Assembly (NCBI GenBank): GCA_963782525.1
Contig: CAWAKC010000010.1
Span: 128,001 to 192,000, forward strand
Reading direction: 5' to 3'
Origin: Candidatus Bathyarchaeota archaeon
GTDB lineage: Archaea; Thermoproteota; Bathyarchaeia; Bathyarchaeales; Bathycorpusculaceae
DNA: 64,000 nucleotides
Shown here piece by piece: positions 10,901-19,066 of the stretch. How positions within the stretch are numbered: position 1 is the stretch's first letter; each line of letters starts with the position of its first letter. The position numbers and the translations under genes are program-made. Below the pieces are notes generated by a model, which worked only from the letters and a program-made list of their open reading frames with translations, searched no databases and was not told where the DNA came from.

Positions 10901-13570
10901 CCATTTACCAACTGACTCCTGCAAATCCAAACCCAAATTTTTAATCATGGGCGAGGGGTTAGAAGTGCTCGTAAGTAGTTTGAGGAGTGCCTCAGGGATT
11001 TGTGTTCCCCAAGAGAGCTTTTTGATTTCTTCGGTTAAGGCGATTGCTTTTTCTGCGCCTTGGAAGTCTGTTCTGGTCTTGCGGTAGTAGTGACCCATCA
11101 GGGTGCGAACGTTTTCGCCTGAATCTTCAATTTTCGCGTGAAGCTTCTTGACTTTGCGAGCATCGACAAGGTCCTGCTGGATTGTTTTTGGGACTTTGCC
11201 GTCGTTTGTTAATCGAGCAATCGTTTTTTGGTCGTTGCGGTAAGTTGAGTTGAAGAGCTTTAAGCCACTCTGATATTCGCCGCTGTAACGTTCGATGCGC
11301 CCATCGAGGTCTAACTCATAGATGCCCTCGCTGTAGATTTCTTCGAGGCGACCCTTTATCTGGTTGTATTCTTGATAGAGCTGCTTGGCTTTCACAATTG
11401 TTTTCTGGACTTGCTCCAGATATTTGCCGTCAAACCATTCTGGTTCGGGTTTGTCCTCTGCAAAACACATCATTGCCATTCGAGAAAGCTGCTTAAGCTG
11501 GGTAATCGTTAAGTCGCTACTGTCTAAACCAAGGAGCGGCGCGAGTGTTTGGGAGGTTTCACGCAACTTACGTGAAGCCAACTGTGTATTCTTGATAAAG
11601 GCTGAGAAGTTTTCAAGTTTGGATAAAAGTTCACTATCTTCTAAATTGACTGCTGGAAGCATCTTGCCTAAAACCGAAACTGCTTGTTGCATTTCGACTG
11701 ACCGATTTAATGCCAAATTTGAGAAGGTCGGGTTATAGCGTTCCATGAGGCTGACTCGGGTAGTCTTTATCCATATGGCTGTTTCTAAGTAGGATTGGGC
11801 CTCGCTTAGCAACTTATCAAGACTTGGGTTTGTTAACCAGTAGGCCTCTGGCTTTGGGCTTTCGGTGAGAAATTTGCTGAGGTCTAGGAGCCATTGTATG
11901 CGAGCAAAAGTTTCTGGGGGAAACACGCCGAGTTTAGCGGAGAAATCCTCAGTTTCTAATTCGAGCCCATGGAGGGTTTCGTTTATGCCTTCGAGTGTGG
12001 TGAGGAGTTCGCTGCGAATTTCAAGGTTGTATTTGTCTGCGCGGTAGCCAAGCCACGGAAAATCTGGTTCCTCGATTACCTGCCAAACCTTACTGAGTTG
12101 TGAGACGAGTTCTTCGAGTTCACGCATCTTCTGCGGTGTTAATGTTCCAATTTCAGTTAACCCAACGGGAACAAAGGGGACTCGTTCAAGGCTGGAGATT
12201 ATGCTTAGAACTTCGTAGACGCTGCGTTGTAGGTATGGTCGTTTTTCATGCAGTGCGGTGACGTAGCCGTTTAAGGCTTCTCGGTACACTGTCATCTGCT
12301 CAAACTCATGAATGGAAGGCAACTTGCGGGGAATAAGGTTCTCGTCAAGGCTGCGTTTGAGTTCCGCTACAACTTGTTGTTTGTTGGCTTTACTACTGTG
12401 GAGTTCAAGGCAGAAATGCGCCAAACCCACCTCGCTGAGACGTTTGTACACGACTTCGAGGGCAGCCATCTTGTCACTTACGAAAAGCACGCTTTTTCCG
12501 TTGGCGATACATTCTGCGATGATGTTTGCGATGGTCTGGCTTTTGCCTGTGCCTGGCGGACCTTTCATTACGAAGCTTTGTCCGCGGAGTGCATATTCGA
12601 TGCTAACGCGTTGGCTGCTGTCTGCATCGAGTACTTGGTAGGTTTTAGCTGGCGCCTCAATCTTGTCAACGTCTTTTTCGTCGGGTAACCCGTTTAGGAT
12701 AAGGTTGTCTTCTTTTATGCCGGCAATCGCCCGTATGATTGGGTGTTGGGTGACTAATGCGGCATTTGACTCCAAATCTTTGTAAATAACAAGTTTCTGG
12801 AAGGAGAACAACCCTAAGTCAATGGATGACTCGGTTTTCCAACTCATTTCAGCGACAGCTTGGTCAACTAATTTAAAGTAATCCGCCAATTCTTGTTCTT
12901 CCCACTCCTCAGGCAGCGGCGGCAACTCGATTTTGTAATCGTTCTTAAGTTTCGCCTGCAATGCGGGGTTGAGGACTGCTTCATCTTCAACCGGCGGCAC
13001 CTCGATGGCGTAGGGTTGACGGATAGTGTCCCTTGTCAACTCTAAAGGAACCAAAATTAATGGGGATTGAACGTTTTCTTTTGTTTCCGAATCAACCCAG
13101 TTCAACGTTCCAAAAGCCGCATGCAATATTCGCACGCCGCGTTCCATGTAATCGAGAAGTGAACGTCCTTGCAAGCTCTTGAGGCTACGTTCCAGTTCCA
13201 AGCGCCCCATGTTGCCGCTGACGAGTTGGTTTGCTGTAGGATATTTAGGTTCCTCAGACGTTGTTGCTGCTTTGACTGGTGCTTTCGTTGTTTTAGCTTT
13301 AGCATCTTTAGCTTTGCCTCTACCCTTAGCCGTTGGGTTCTCGGGAGCTTCGGATTGTGTGGCTACTTCCTGCGGAACAAAAAACTCCATGCGCTTCTTC
13401 TTCAAAACGAGGGTATCAAATATTTTTTGAGCGTCAGGCTGGGTTATCGGCAGGTTTCCGCGTTTGCCCTTCTTGAAATAGAGCAAATTGTTCTTTCTTG
13501 AGAGATCTATTAGTCGTGATTTCCAATCTTCAACACGCTTCATTGGCGAGGAAACAATGGGTTCAGTCAT
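7901..13570 (-). CDS. DUF4011 - SF1 (UPF1-like) helicase - Vsr/MTES_1575-like nuclease - DUF3320 protein (Hhe-like defence candidate)
   Basis: WKSRLIDLSRKNNLL (DUF4011), DADSSQ, GPPGTGKSQT, FDEASQ, GDNKQLPP, LRWHYRS, VQGDERD, RRLNVAITRAR, then IDIGV...ECDG...RDRDRLREQVL nuclease domain. Confidence 0.88.
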   Translation of the reverse strand: MTEPIVSSPMKRVEDWKSRLIDLSRKNNLLYFKKGKRGNLPITQPDAQKIFDTLVLKKKRMEFFVPQEVATQSEAPENPTAKGRGKAKDAKAKTTKAPVKAATTSEEPKYPTANQLVSGNMGRLELERSLKSLQGRSLLDYMERGVRILHAAFGTLNWVDSETKENVQSPLILVPLELTRDTIRQPYAIEVPPVEDEAVLNPALQAKLKNDYKIELPPLPEEWEEQELADYFKLVDQAVAEMSWKTESSIDLGLFSFQKLVIYKDLESNAALVTQHPIIRAIAGIKEDNLILNGLPDEKDVDKIEAPAKTYQVLDADSSQRVSIEYALRGQSFVMKGPPGTGKSQTIANIIAECIANGKSVLFVSDKMAALEVVYKRLSEVGLAHFCLELHSSKANKQQVVAELKRSLDENLIPRKLPSIHEFEQMTVYREALNGYVTALHEKRPYLQRSVYEVLSIISSLERVPFVPVGLTEIGTLTPQKMRELEELVSQLSKVWQVIEEPDFPWLGYRADKYNLEIRSELLTTLEGINETLHGLELETEDFSAKLGVFPPETFARIQWLLDLSKFLTESPKPEAYWLTNPSLDKLLSEAQSYLETAIWIKTTRVSLMERYNPTFSNLALNRSVEMQQAVSVLGKMLPAVNLEDSELLSKLENFSAFIKNTQLASRKLRETSQTLAPLLGLDSSDLTITQLKQLSRMAMMCFAEDKPEPEWFDGKYLEQVQKTIVKAKQLYQEYNQIKGRLEEIYSEGIYELDLDGRIERYSGEYQSGLKLFNSTYRNDQKTIARLTNDGKVPKTIQQDLVDARKVKKLHAKIEDSGENVRTLMGHYYRKTRTDFQGAEKAIALTEEIKKLSWGTQIPEALLKLLTSTSNPSPMIKNLGLDLQESVGKWEQQVKEVESFIPQKMPKSDALISQTSLLVLEDWAAETEKKLNPLIALTKDTLTTARQEPQTYRQLIQDLKNSEDIRKKEAQIVGEKVQLKEKFGIRFQELETNWQEIVFVLEWCKKVQAAFIDIPVPQAFADLAAQGPSAAPSNTELIQRRDSSLRVLADFNKRFETEMKYQNQPLKALEIKVISERIQALRDRVDDVQVWIDYKDAKNRFALRNLDQFFGRLVEQRISAADLGNVFRKSVYQEWINNLYNEDQKLGKFRRENHEQLIADFRKLDQDIIHLTSSMVIEEANSRKPQDILIQAADSEANILLKEAAKKRRLMPIRTLMQKIPNLLVKLKPCLLMSPISVSQFLPPDNKFDLVLFDEASQLVPEDAIGAIYRGKTVVVAGDNKQLPPTSFFQKSLLDNVDWDELSDDDVEVFDSILDECLGIGLPVKTLRWHYRSKHEELIAFSNHRFYDDTMITFPSAQNQTDSLGVKLVHVPDGIYDRGGKRDNPKEAEKVAGLVFEHFKNYPKKTLGVVTFSIAQMNAVEEAIENKLNEQPDFEPFFKEDRLEGFFVKNLENVQGDERDVIFFSIGYGFDQQGQMAMNFGPLNKPGGERRLNVAITRAREKVVLITSIKASDIDKDTQALGVQTLRTYLDYAEHGPETQSSKSKEGTFDSAIDEDVAAEIKKMGYEVVPEVGCSGYRIDIGVLDPVNEGCFLLGVECDGATYKSSSSTRDRDRLREQVLRQLGWRMYRVWSPAWVARRDSEIRRLKETLEQAQKTQLDKEAQKPIIDLIEGAAPKTDVQKNSFAGIEKIGVPYKVYPLKASYNPYIKVATAKSTMDSKQRNEFHFPENRENQTKLLTELIQNEGPVHFDYAAERLAASWSIKQVTPKISHAVKEALNNLIREQKVVIRGSFLWPTGLKQTPIRVPMQGVPESKRKPSYIAPEEVESAMTRVAQYALGISEDSLITETGKVFGLNHSGDEAKAVFSEVLKRLVRERKLVCKDDGVVTAV

Positions 13571-13689
13571 TTAAGGCACATCCACTCGAGTACAAGTTAG
13601 CACTATTGTATGTATGATTCTTTAATACTTACGGTAGTTTCATGTGGGCTCAAACAATCAGTCAGTGAACTTTTTGGGTGCTAAAAGAG

Positions 13690-14310
13690 TCAGTTGATAC
13701 CATTTGCATGGTCGATTGCATCCAAAATTACTCGTTTAACATTGTCTAAGCCTATTTTTCTTGTTTCAAGGATTGAGAGGTTCATTCCTGACTCTCTGAT
13801 GTCTTTTACACATTTTTCTGCGTCCCCACAGGTGTCAAGGAGCACGATACCTTTGATGCCGTTGAACATATTTGCGAACGCTGCTTCATCTACGCCTTCT
13901 TTTAACATCGCTTCTTTTGAGTGTCTGAAGAACCCAACAATTCCCGGACCCATAAACATCAAGTTATGCTCTGGATCAGCTTCGAAAAATTTGCCTTTGC
14001 CGCCGAGTTGGCAATCGATGCAGTTTACCGCATCAACCTTGGCAATGCCGTATTCTTCAGCTAGCTTCTTCATCTCGTTATGCTGACCGAGGCATAAGTC
14101 GCCGTAGACCAGCACTATTTTACCGTTGAATCTTTTTTGGGTTTCTTCTAGAACTTTTCGCACATTTTTCACTACTGCGGCATAGTCAATGTGGAAAAAT
14201 TTGCTTACGAAAATCGCTTCAGCGTCAAGGTTACCCTGTTTAATTAATTGCTGGATTTCTTCTTTTAAGACACTGCAGGCTACTAGACAAATCTTCGATT
14301 TTTCCTTCAA
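13690..14310 (-). CDS. DUF1638-domain protein
   Basis: VACSVLKEE, FHID, LVYGDLC and VNCIDCQLGG match the DUF1638 pattern. Confidence 0.7.
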   Translation of the reverse strand: MKEKSKICLVACSVLKEEIQQLIKQGNLDAEAIFVSKFFHIDYAAVVKNVRKVLEETQKRFNGKIVLVYGDLCLGQHNEMKKLAEEYGIAKVDAVNCIDCQLGGKGKFFEADPEHNLMFMGPGIVGFFRHSKEAMLKEGVDEAAFANMFNGIKGIVLLDTCGDAEKCVKDIRESGMNLSILETRKIGLDNVKRVILDAIDHANGIN

Positions 14311-14914
14311 ATCTCTCGCTTCAAGTCAACCGTAGGGTACATTAGCAATAAAGTTTTTTCTAAAGGAAACAAAAATTGAATACAACATTTTAGCAAAACA
14401 GCATTTGGATTGATTTATAATCTGTAAAATTTATATTAAGTGAGCAAGGCACTACCCTGAATGTGAGACTTTAAAAGGCGGTTGGGACGCATTTCCCTCT
14501 CTTCCTAAAAACTGAGGTTTATTTTCCAGCCATTGAGTAGGGCTCACTAAGTCTTCCTCAATTGTTTTCAATAAAATTAGGGTTTGAAGCAGTACCTCGT
14601 TCTCCAACTGCCAACAAACCCTTTCTCCCGCACACAACTTCCTCTTTTTTCTCTTTGGGAAAAAAGGCGGTTCCTAACTTCAATAAAATCAAGCATCTTG
14701 AGATCCAGGTTTCTGCTCACAATTGGAATATCGAAAAGTTGATGACAACTTTGATATTAGTTTTCAATTTGGAGAAGGACGAAAAGATCCATTCCATTCA
14801 AGATTCGGGAGAGTCCAAGTATGTTTCTTAATGGTTTTTTGGATGTCAATTCTTTTTGTAGTTGATAGTTCCTAATGTTGATGAGTACATTGAGGTTGAG
14901 AAGATTGTTTTAGT

Positions 14915-15110
14915 TTGGCTTTAACTGAACGCGAGAAGCAAATTTTACGCTTAAAAAAAAGACAAAATGTCAGATTACCAGATTGCCCGAAAACTCAGAG
15001 TAGATGCTGGAAACGTTACTCGTTCAAGGTTAACTGCCTTGCGCAAGATCGAGCGAGCTCAAGCTGATTTGGATTTTGTACTCCAAGTAGGCATGAAGAT
15101 TAAAGTTTAA
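14915..15110 (+). pseudogene. Tfx-like small HTH DNA-binding protein with a +1 frameshift in an A8 run
   Basis: Removing one A at 14953-14960 gives MALTEREKQILRLKKDKMSDYQIARKLRVDAGNVTRSRLTALRKIERAQADLDFVLQVGMKIKV*, which resembles the Tfx/sigma-70 region 4 HTH. The indel could be a sequencing error. Confidence 0.7.
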
Positions 15111-15280
15111 TTTTTGACTGTTTTTGGTTTTCCATTTTTGTCCAGTTCAGGAATTATTCTGCAAATACCTCTGAACGCATATCGTTTAACTCTTTTTGGA
15201 TCATTTCTTGTTCCTATGTTGCTTTTCTAATCCATTAATGAATCCGACAAGAAGTATTTCTGTCTGTAATCATCTCAATT

Positions 15281-16456
15281 TTACCCTTGTAGTCTCAGGG
15301 CTTCGATGAATTTGAACGCTTGTTCTATGATGAAGTCTGCTTCTTTGTTGTCCACCTTATTTGTTAGACTCCAGTGGTCAATTTTGCACCGAAACGAATA
15401 CAAGTCTCCCGCGTTGTGGAAAGCACCTAACGAGATGTCAAATTCTCTATTTTCGTGGTTTCTAATTTCTTGCCTTACTTGCATAAGTAGGTCATTGAAT
15501 TCCCTTTTTGGCTTAACACCAAAAGTCTCAAGCTTTTTCTTCATAGCTATTTCAACTAGGTTCAAGGGCACTGAAACTGAAATCCAGTTGTCATCAATCC
15601 CCAAGAATTCAAAAGTTTTTATAATTTGTCTAATTCGGGATTCATTGAAGCCCTTCAACTGTTGCGTAGCGTTTATCAGGGAAGTTTCAAGTTCTTCAAC
15701 GTGTTTTTTTGTTTTGTTGAGTTCATCATTAATAGTGTAATTTATGGTTTCAACTCGATCGTTTTCTTCTTTAAGCTGGGTTAAATGAAAAAGAAGCTGA
15801 GACGTCATATTTTTGAGGATAACGTTTGGAAGGGAATCAAATGCTTTCTTCGTAGGACGCACTTGACCATCCAAAAATCCTTTAGCTTGTAGCTTTTTGA
15901 CACCCTCCGAATGGTATCGATAAAGCGTTCCTGTAGAGAATCCCTTTTCGTAAAAACCTGGCAACACAGTTGAGTAGCTTTTATGTGGATAGACAATTGC
16001 CATTTCAAGAGCAATTTGTTCGTTGTTATCAAGTTGTTCATAAGTTGTAGAAAGATTGTTAACTTGCTGATTGGTTTGACCGTGTTTTTCGGCTTTTTTG
16101 ATTTCAGGGGGAGTGGGTGGTTTCGATGTAATGAATAAGTCAGTTACCAATTCATGTTCAATACCTGAAACAGCCATTGTTTCGTTAGATATTCCTTCTC
16201 CAGCCACTATATTATCGATTATTGGGATTTTGAATTCAGTGATTTTTTCTAAGGTCTTAAAAACTTGGACTTCTCGTATTATATCTCGTTGAGGATTTAT
16301 CCATTTTCCTATAATGGAAAATTCCTTTCCGTTTAAGCATGGTTTTACTATTGAATTTTTCAGAAATTTTTCTTGATAATTGTAACCCATTATGCTTTTG
16401 TTTTCATTGCCAAAATTGGGCGAATACCTTAATCCAATGTGGTAATAGTTAACCAT
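15281..16456 (-). CDS. Hypothetical protein with coiled coil and C-terminal HEPN-like domain
   Basis: LNLVEIAMKK upstream helix and RCKIDH (R-x4-H) followed by the EADFIIEQAFKFIEAL terminal helix. Confidence 0.6.
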   Translation of the reverse strand: MVNYYHIGLRYSPNFGNENKSIMGYNYQEKFLKNSIVKPCLNGKEFSIIGKWINPQRDIIREVQVFKTLEKITEFKIPIIDNIVAGEGISNETMAVSGIEHELVTDLFITSKPPTPPEIKKAEKHGQTNQQVNNLSTTYEQLDNNEQIALEMAIVYPHKSYSTVLPGFYEKGFSTGTLYRYHSEGVKKLQAKGFLDGQVRPTKKAFDSLPNVILKNMTSQLLFHLTQLKEENDRVETINYTINDELNKTKKHVEELETSLINATQQLKGFNESRIRQIIKTFEFLGIDDNWISVSVPLNLVEIAMKKKLETFGVKPKREFNDLLMQVRQEIRNHENREFDISLGAFHNAGDLYSFRCKIDHWSLTNKVDNKEADFIIEQAFKFIEALRLQG

Positions 16457-16620
16457 CGCAATCGGTTCAGTCTTGCGCCTTTTTATTATTTAAGCCTTGG
16501 GAAGACTGCTATTTCGCTATCTTTTTCAGTAAAATCACAGAAGGACATTCCTAACATCCCAGTCAACTCGGTGTCAAATCCCATTATTGCAAGACTTTAG
16601 AATTCTACCTATCACGATGT

Positions 16621-16685
16621 AAGATTGAGCGAGCTCAGGCAGATTTGGACTTTGTCTTCAAGGTGGCGTGAAGATTAAGGCTTAA
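16621..16685 (+). repeat. Diverged second copy of the 3' end of the Tfx-like gene
   Basis: AAGATTGAGCGAGCTCAGGCAGATTTGGAC... aligns with 15045-15110, with mostly third-codon-position differences and one 1-nt gap. Confidence 0.85.
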
Positions 16686-16823
16686 CTGATTATGCTTTTT
16701 CTAAATGGTTTTTTAATAGAAGGTGGCAGCGGTAAATTAGTCATTGATTTTCCCCAAAACTCATTATATTGAATGAAATTTAAAGTCTTTGCATTACTTA
16801 AGTTTCTGAAAATATTGAGGTTG

Positions 16824-17435
16824 TCAGCAGGGTATATTTAGGAAATCTCGAAGTGCTGGAATCAGTGCATTTGTATAATCCAAAAGTTTTCCATGTTCAA
16901 GCATCATATTTTTCGTCCTTTTGTCAGGCTCTCCACTAAATATTTTAAAAACTCCATCTTCATCAATAATGAAGTTAAAATGAGCAATCGTATTCCTTAG
17001 TTCTCTCAATTCTCTCAGGGTAATGTATTTTGTTTCATCAAAAGTTTTAAATTTTTTTTCTGCTAAGAATTTGCATTTATATTTGAAATCAGTGATATCA
17101 TTTTTGTGGCTCCGATTATTTTCAATTACCTCAAAAGATAAAGCCTTTTTATCAGGGTCATTTGCAACGAATAAAAAAAGAACCAAGTTAACACAAAATC
17201 CGAACCTTCCTTCATAATCTAAAAGATATAATGCTGACCAGATTAACGTCCTTTCACGAGACTCACAATCAATTGGAAAAATTTTGGCGTAATTAACAGT
17301 TTGTATTTTTTCTAAAAAACTTTTCATTAACTTTTGACTTTCGTTAAGTCTGGGTTCAGGTATATTTTTTAAATATTGTTTTATTTCATTTCTGAATTGC
17401 TGTTCAATAATGTCATCTGTATTCAAAATATACAA
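16824..17435 (-). CDS. HEPN-like domain protein
   Basis: LRELRNTIAHFNF contains the canonical R-N-x3-H HEPN motif; AT-rich. Confidence 0.65.
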   Translation of the reverse strand: MYILNTDDIIEQQFRNEIKQYLKNIPEPRLNESQKLMKSFLEKIQTVNYAKIFPIDCESRERTLIWSALYLLDYEGRFGFCVNLVLFLFVANDPDKKALSFEVIENNRSHKNDITDFKYKCKFLAEKKFKTFDETKYITLRELRELRNTIAHFNFIIDEDGVFKIFSGEPDKRTKNMMLEHGKLLDYTNALIPALRDFLNIPC

Positions 17436-17526
17436 ATTCTTTTCTCACTATTAGGGTATTTCCATCTTTATAGTTTTAAGGTTTTGCAAATAGCACAAAA
17501 ACTTAAATTAGAAAAAAATTATTAGA

Positions 17527-17880
17527 ATGCTTCGAGGAAGTAGTTTGACTATTAAAATAGAATTATCAGTAAGTCAATTAATTAGTGTAATTCTAACAAT
17601 TATAGGTGTGTGTTTTATTTTATACTTCTTCGTACTTCTTAACGCGAGACTAAGTGTAGTTGATTTTCAGCATCCAATCTATGGATGGACAGAAATTCAA
17701 GAAGCCATTCCTTTTAGTGCAATTGCCATATTTTTTGGGCTGTTACTCATTTTTGTTGGACTGATTCTGAACATCGGAGTACTTATCAGAAAAAGTCGCA
17801 CTTCTCTCCCTACACCATCTTTAGCTACTCTGAATATTTCAAGCCATGACAGTTTTAGGTCTTCCATTCTATATATTTGA
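17527..17880 (+). CDS. Hypothetical two-TM membrane protein
   Basis: 117-aa ORF with two hydrophobic stretches. Confidence 0.5.
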   Translation: MLRGSSLTIKIELSVSQLISVILTIIGVCFILYFFVLLNARLSVVDFQHPIYGWTEIQEAIPFSAIAIFFGLLLIFVGLILNIGVLIRKSRTSLPTPSLATLNISSHDSFRSSILYI

Positions 17881-18292
17881 GGCTTACTTGGTCTGTATAC
17901 TGTAGTGTTTGCGATAATAAGCCATTAGTGTAGTTTGTTCTTATCTACTTGAGCATGTCTTGTGTTGGCTGCCGGCATGCTGATTTCGAGAAGATTCACG
18001 CGGCTTTTTGTCACATTATAGCAAGGATCCTGAGCTTGGCGAGTCCCGTTATGCTGAGTGGGTAGCGTTTTCTGGCCTGGATGAAACTCAAAGTTATTAT
18101 CTTCAGGGTGCTGCTCGGGCAAACAAGTCTAAGCAGAGTTTTGAATGGGCTAATTTTCTCTTGCAGTTCGTCAAGAAAACATGGATGTCATATACTACCA
18201 GGTGGAAGCTTTGTAAATGTAAAGAGACAATTCAGGCAAAGGTGTAATAAAGGTATTCAACACTAAGACTGTGAAAGTACAAGTGAAAAAAC

Positions 18293-18736
18293 TTGAAGCG
18301 AAAATCAATAATCCTTGGCTTCACTGCTGTGCTTATCATCGTAATTATCGGCGGATACTTTGGCTGGACCTACTACATGGGTCTAAATCAGAACAATTCA
18401 ACGCCCAACCCTTCAGTGGAGCAAGTGCGAGACATTACGATGGCGTACATCAAAGCACACCATAACGAGACGGCGCAGTACATGCAAAGTTTTTCGTGGA
18501 CTGGCGGTGACATTACGCCTAAGAGCCTTGCAGGGGGAAAATGGTGTTCCTATCAGAGTGAAGGCTGGAACGTGACGATAACATATCCAGTAGGGTTACC
18601 TCCAGGGTACAATCCAATCTACAGTGTGACAGCAAATTATACGTCTCAAGTTACACCAGAAAAAGTCATCATATCTTGGCAAGGCACCCTGCAAAACGGC
18701 GTCCTCACCGAGACTGCTTACAACTTCAACCCATAA
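18293..18736 (+). CDS. Membrane-anchored or secreted hypothetical protein
   Basis: Basic N-terminus plus TM helix, then a polar domain with NxS/T sequons. Confidence 0.7.
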   Translation: MKRKSIILGFTAVLIIVIIGGYFGWTYYMGLNQNNSTPNPSVEQVRDITMAYIKAHHNETAQYMQSFSWTGGDITPKSLAGGKWCSYQSEGWNVTITYPVGLPPGYNPIYSVTANYTSQVTPEKVIISWQGTLQNGVLTETAYNFNP

Positions 18737-19066
18737 GAAACAAAGCTGCTTCATAGTTCTTTCAGACTCTTTCAACCAAGACTTTGTGAGATAATGAACT
18801 TGGACGCTCGGCACTATAGTCAGCCTGTTCGAAAACGCACATAGATTACTCGACCGAAAGTTATGGAAAAATTAACTACAAGCAAAACCAATATGTGACT
18901 GGGTAACCTCTCAAACAAAACATTTAATTCTTGAATAAACTTCCTTGAATTGTAGGGTTAATTGTTTCTTTAAAAAAGCAGTTTTAAAAGAATAAATCAC
19001 ATTAAATCAAGTGCCTCAATAATAAACAAGCTAAAACACATGTATTAGAAAGAAGTAACTGATATA

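Noticed and set aside
8124-13501. Numerous plus-strand ORFs inside the large helicase (similarly inside clpB, thiolase and the SDR)
   Set aside because: Antisense shadows of well-supported genes with no motifs of their own.
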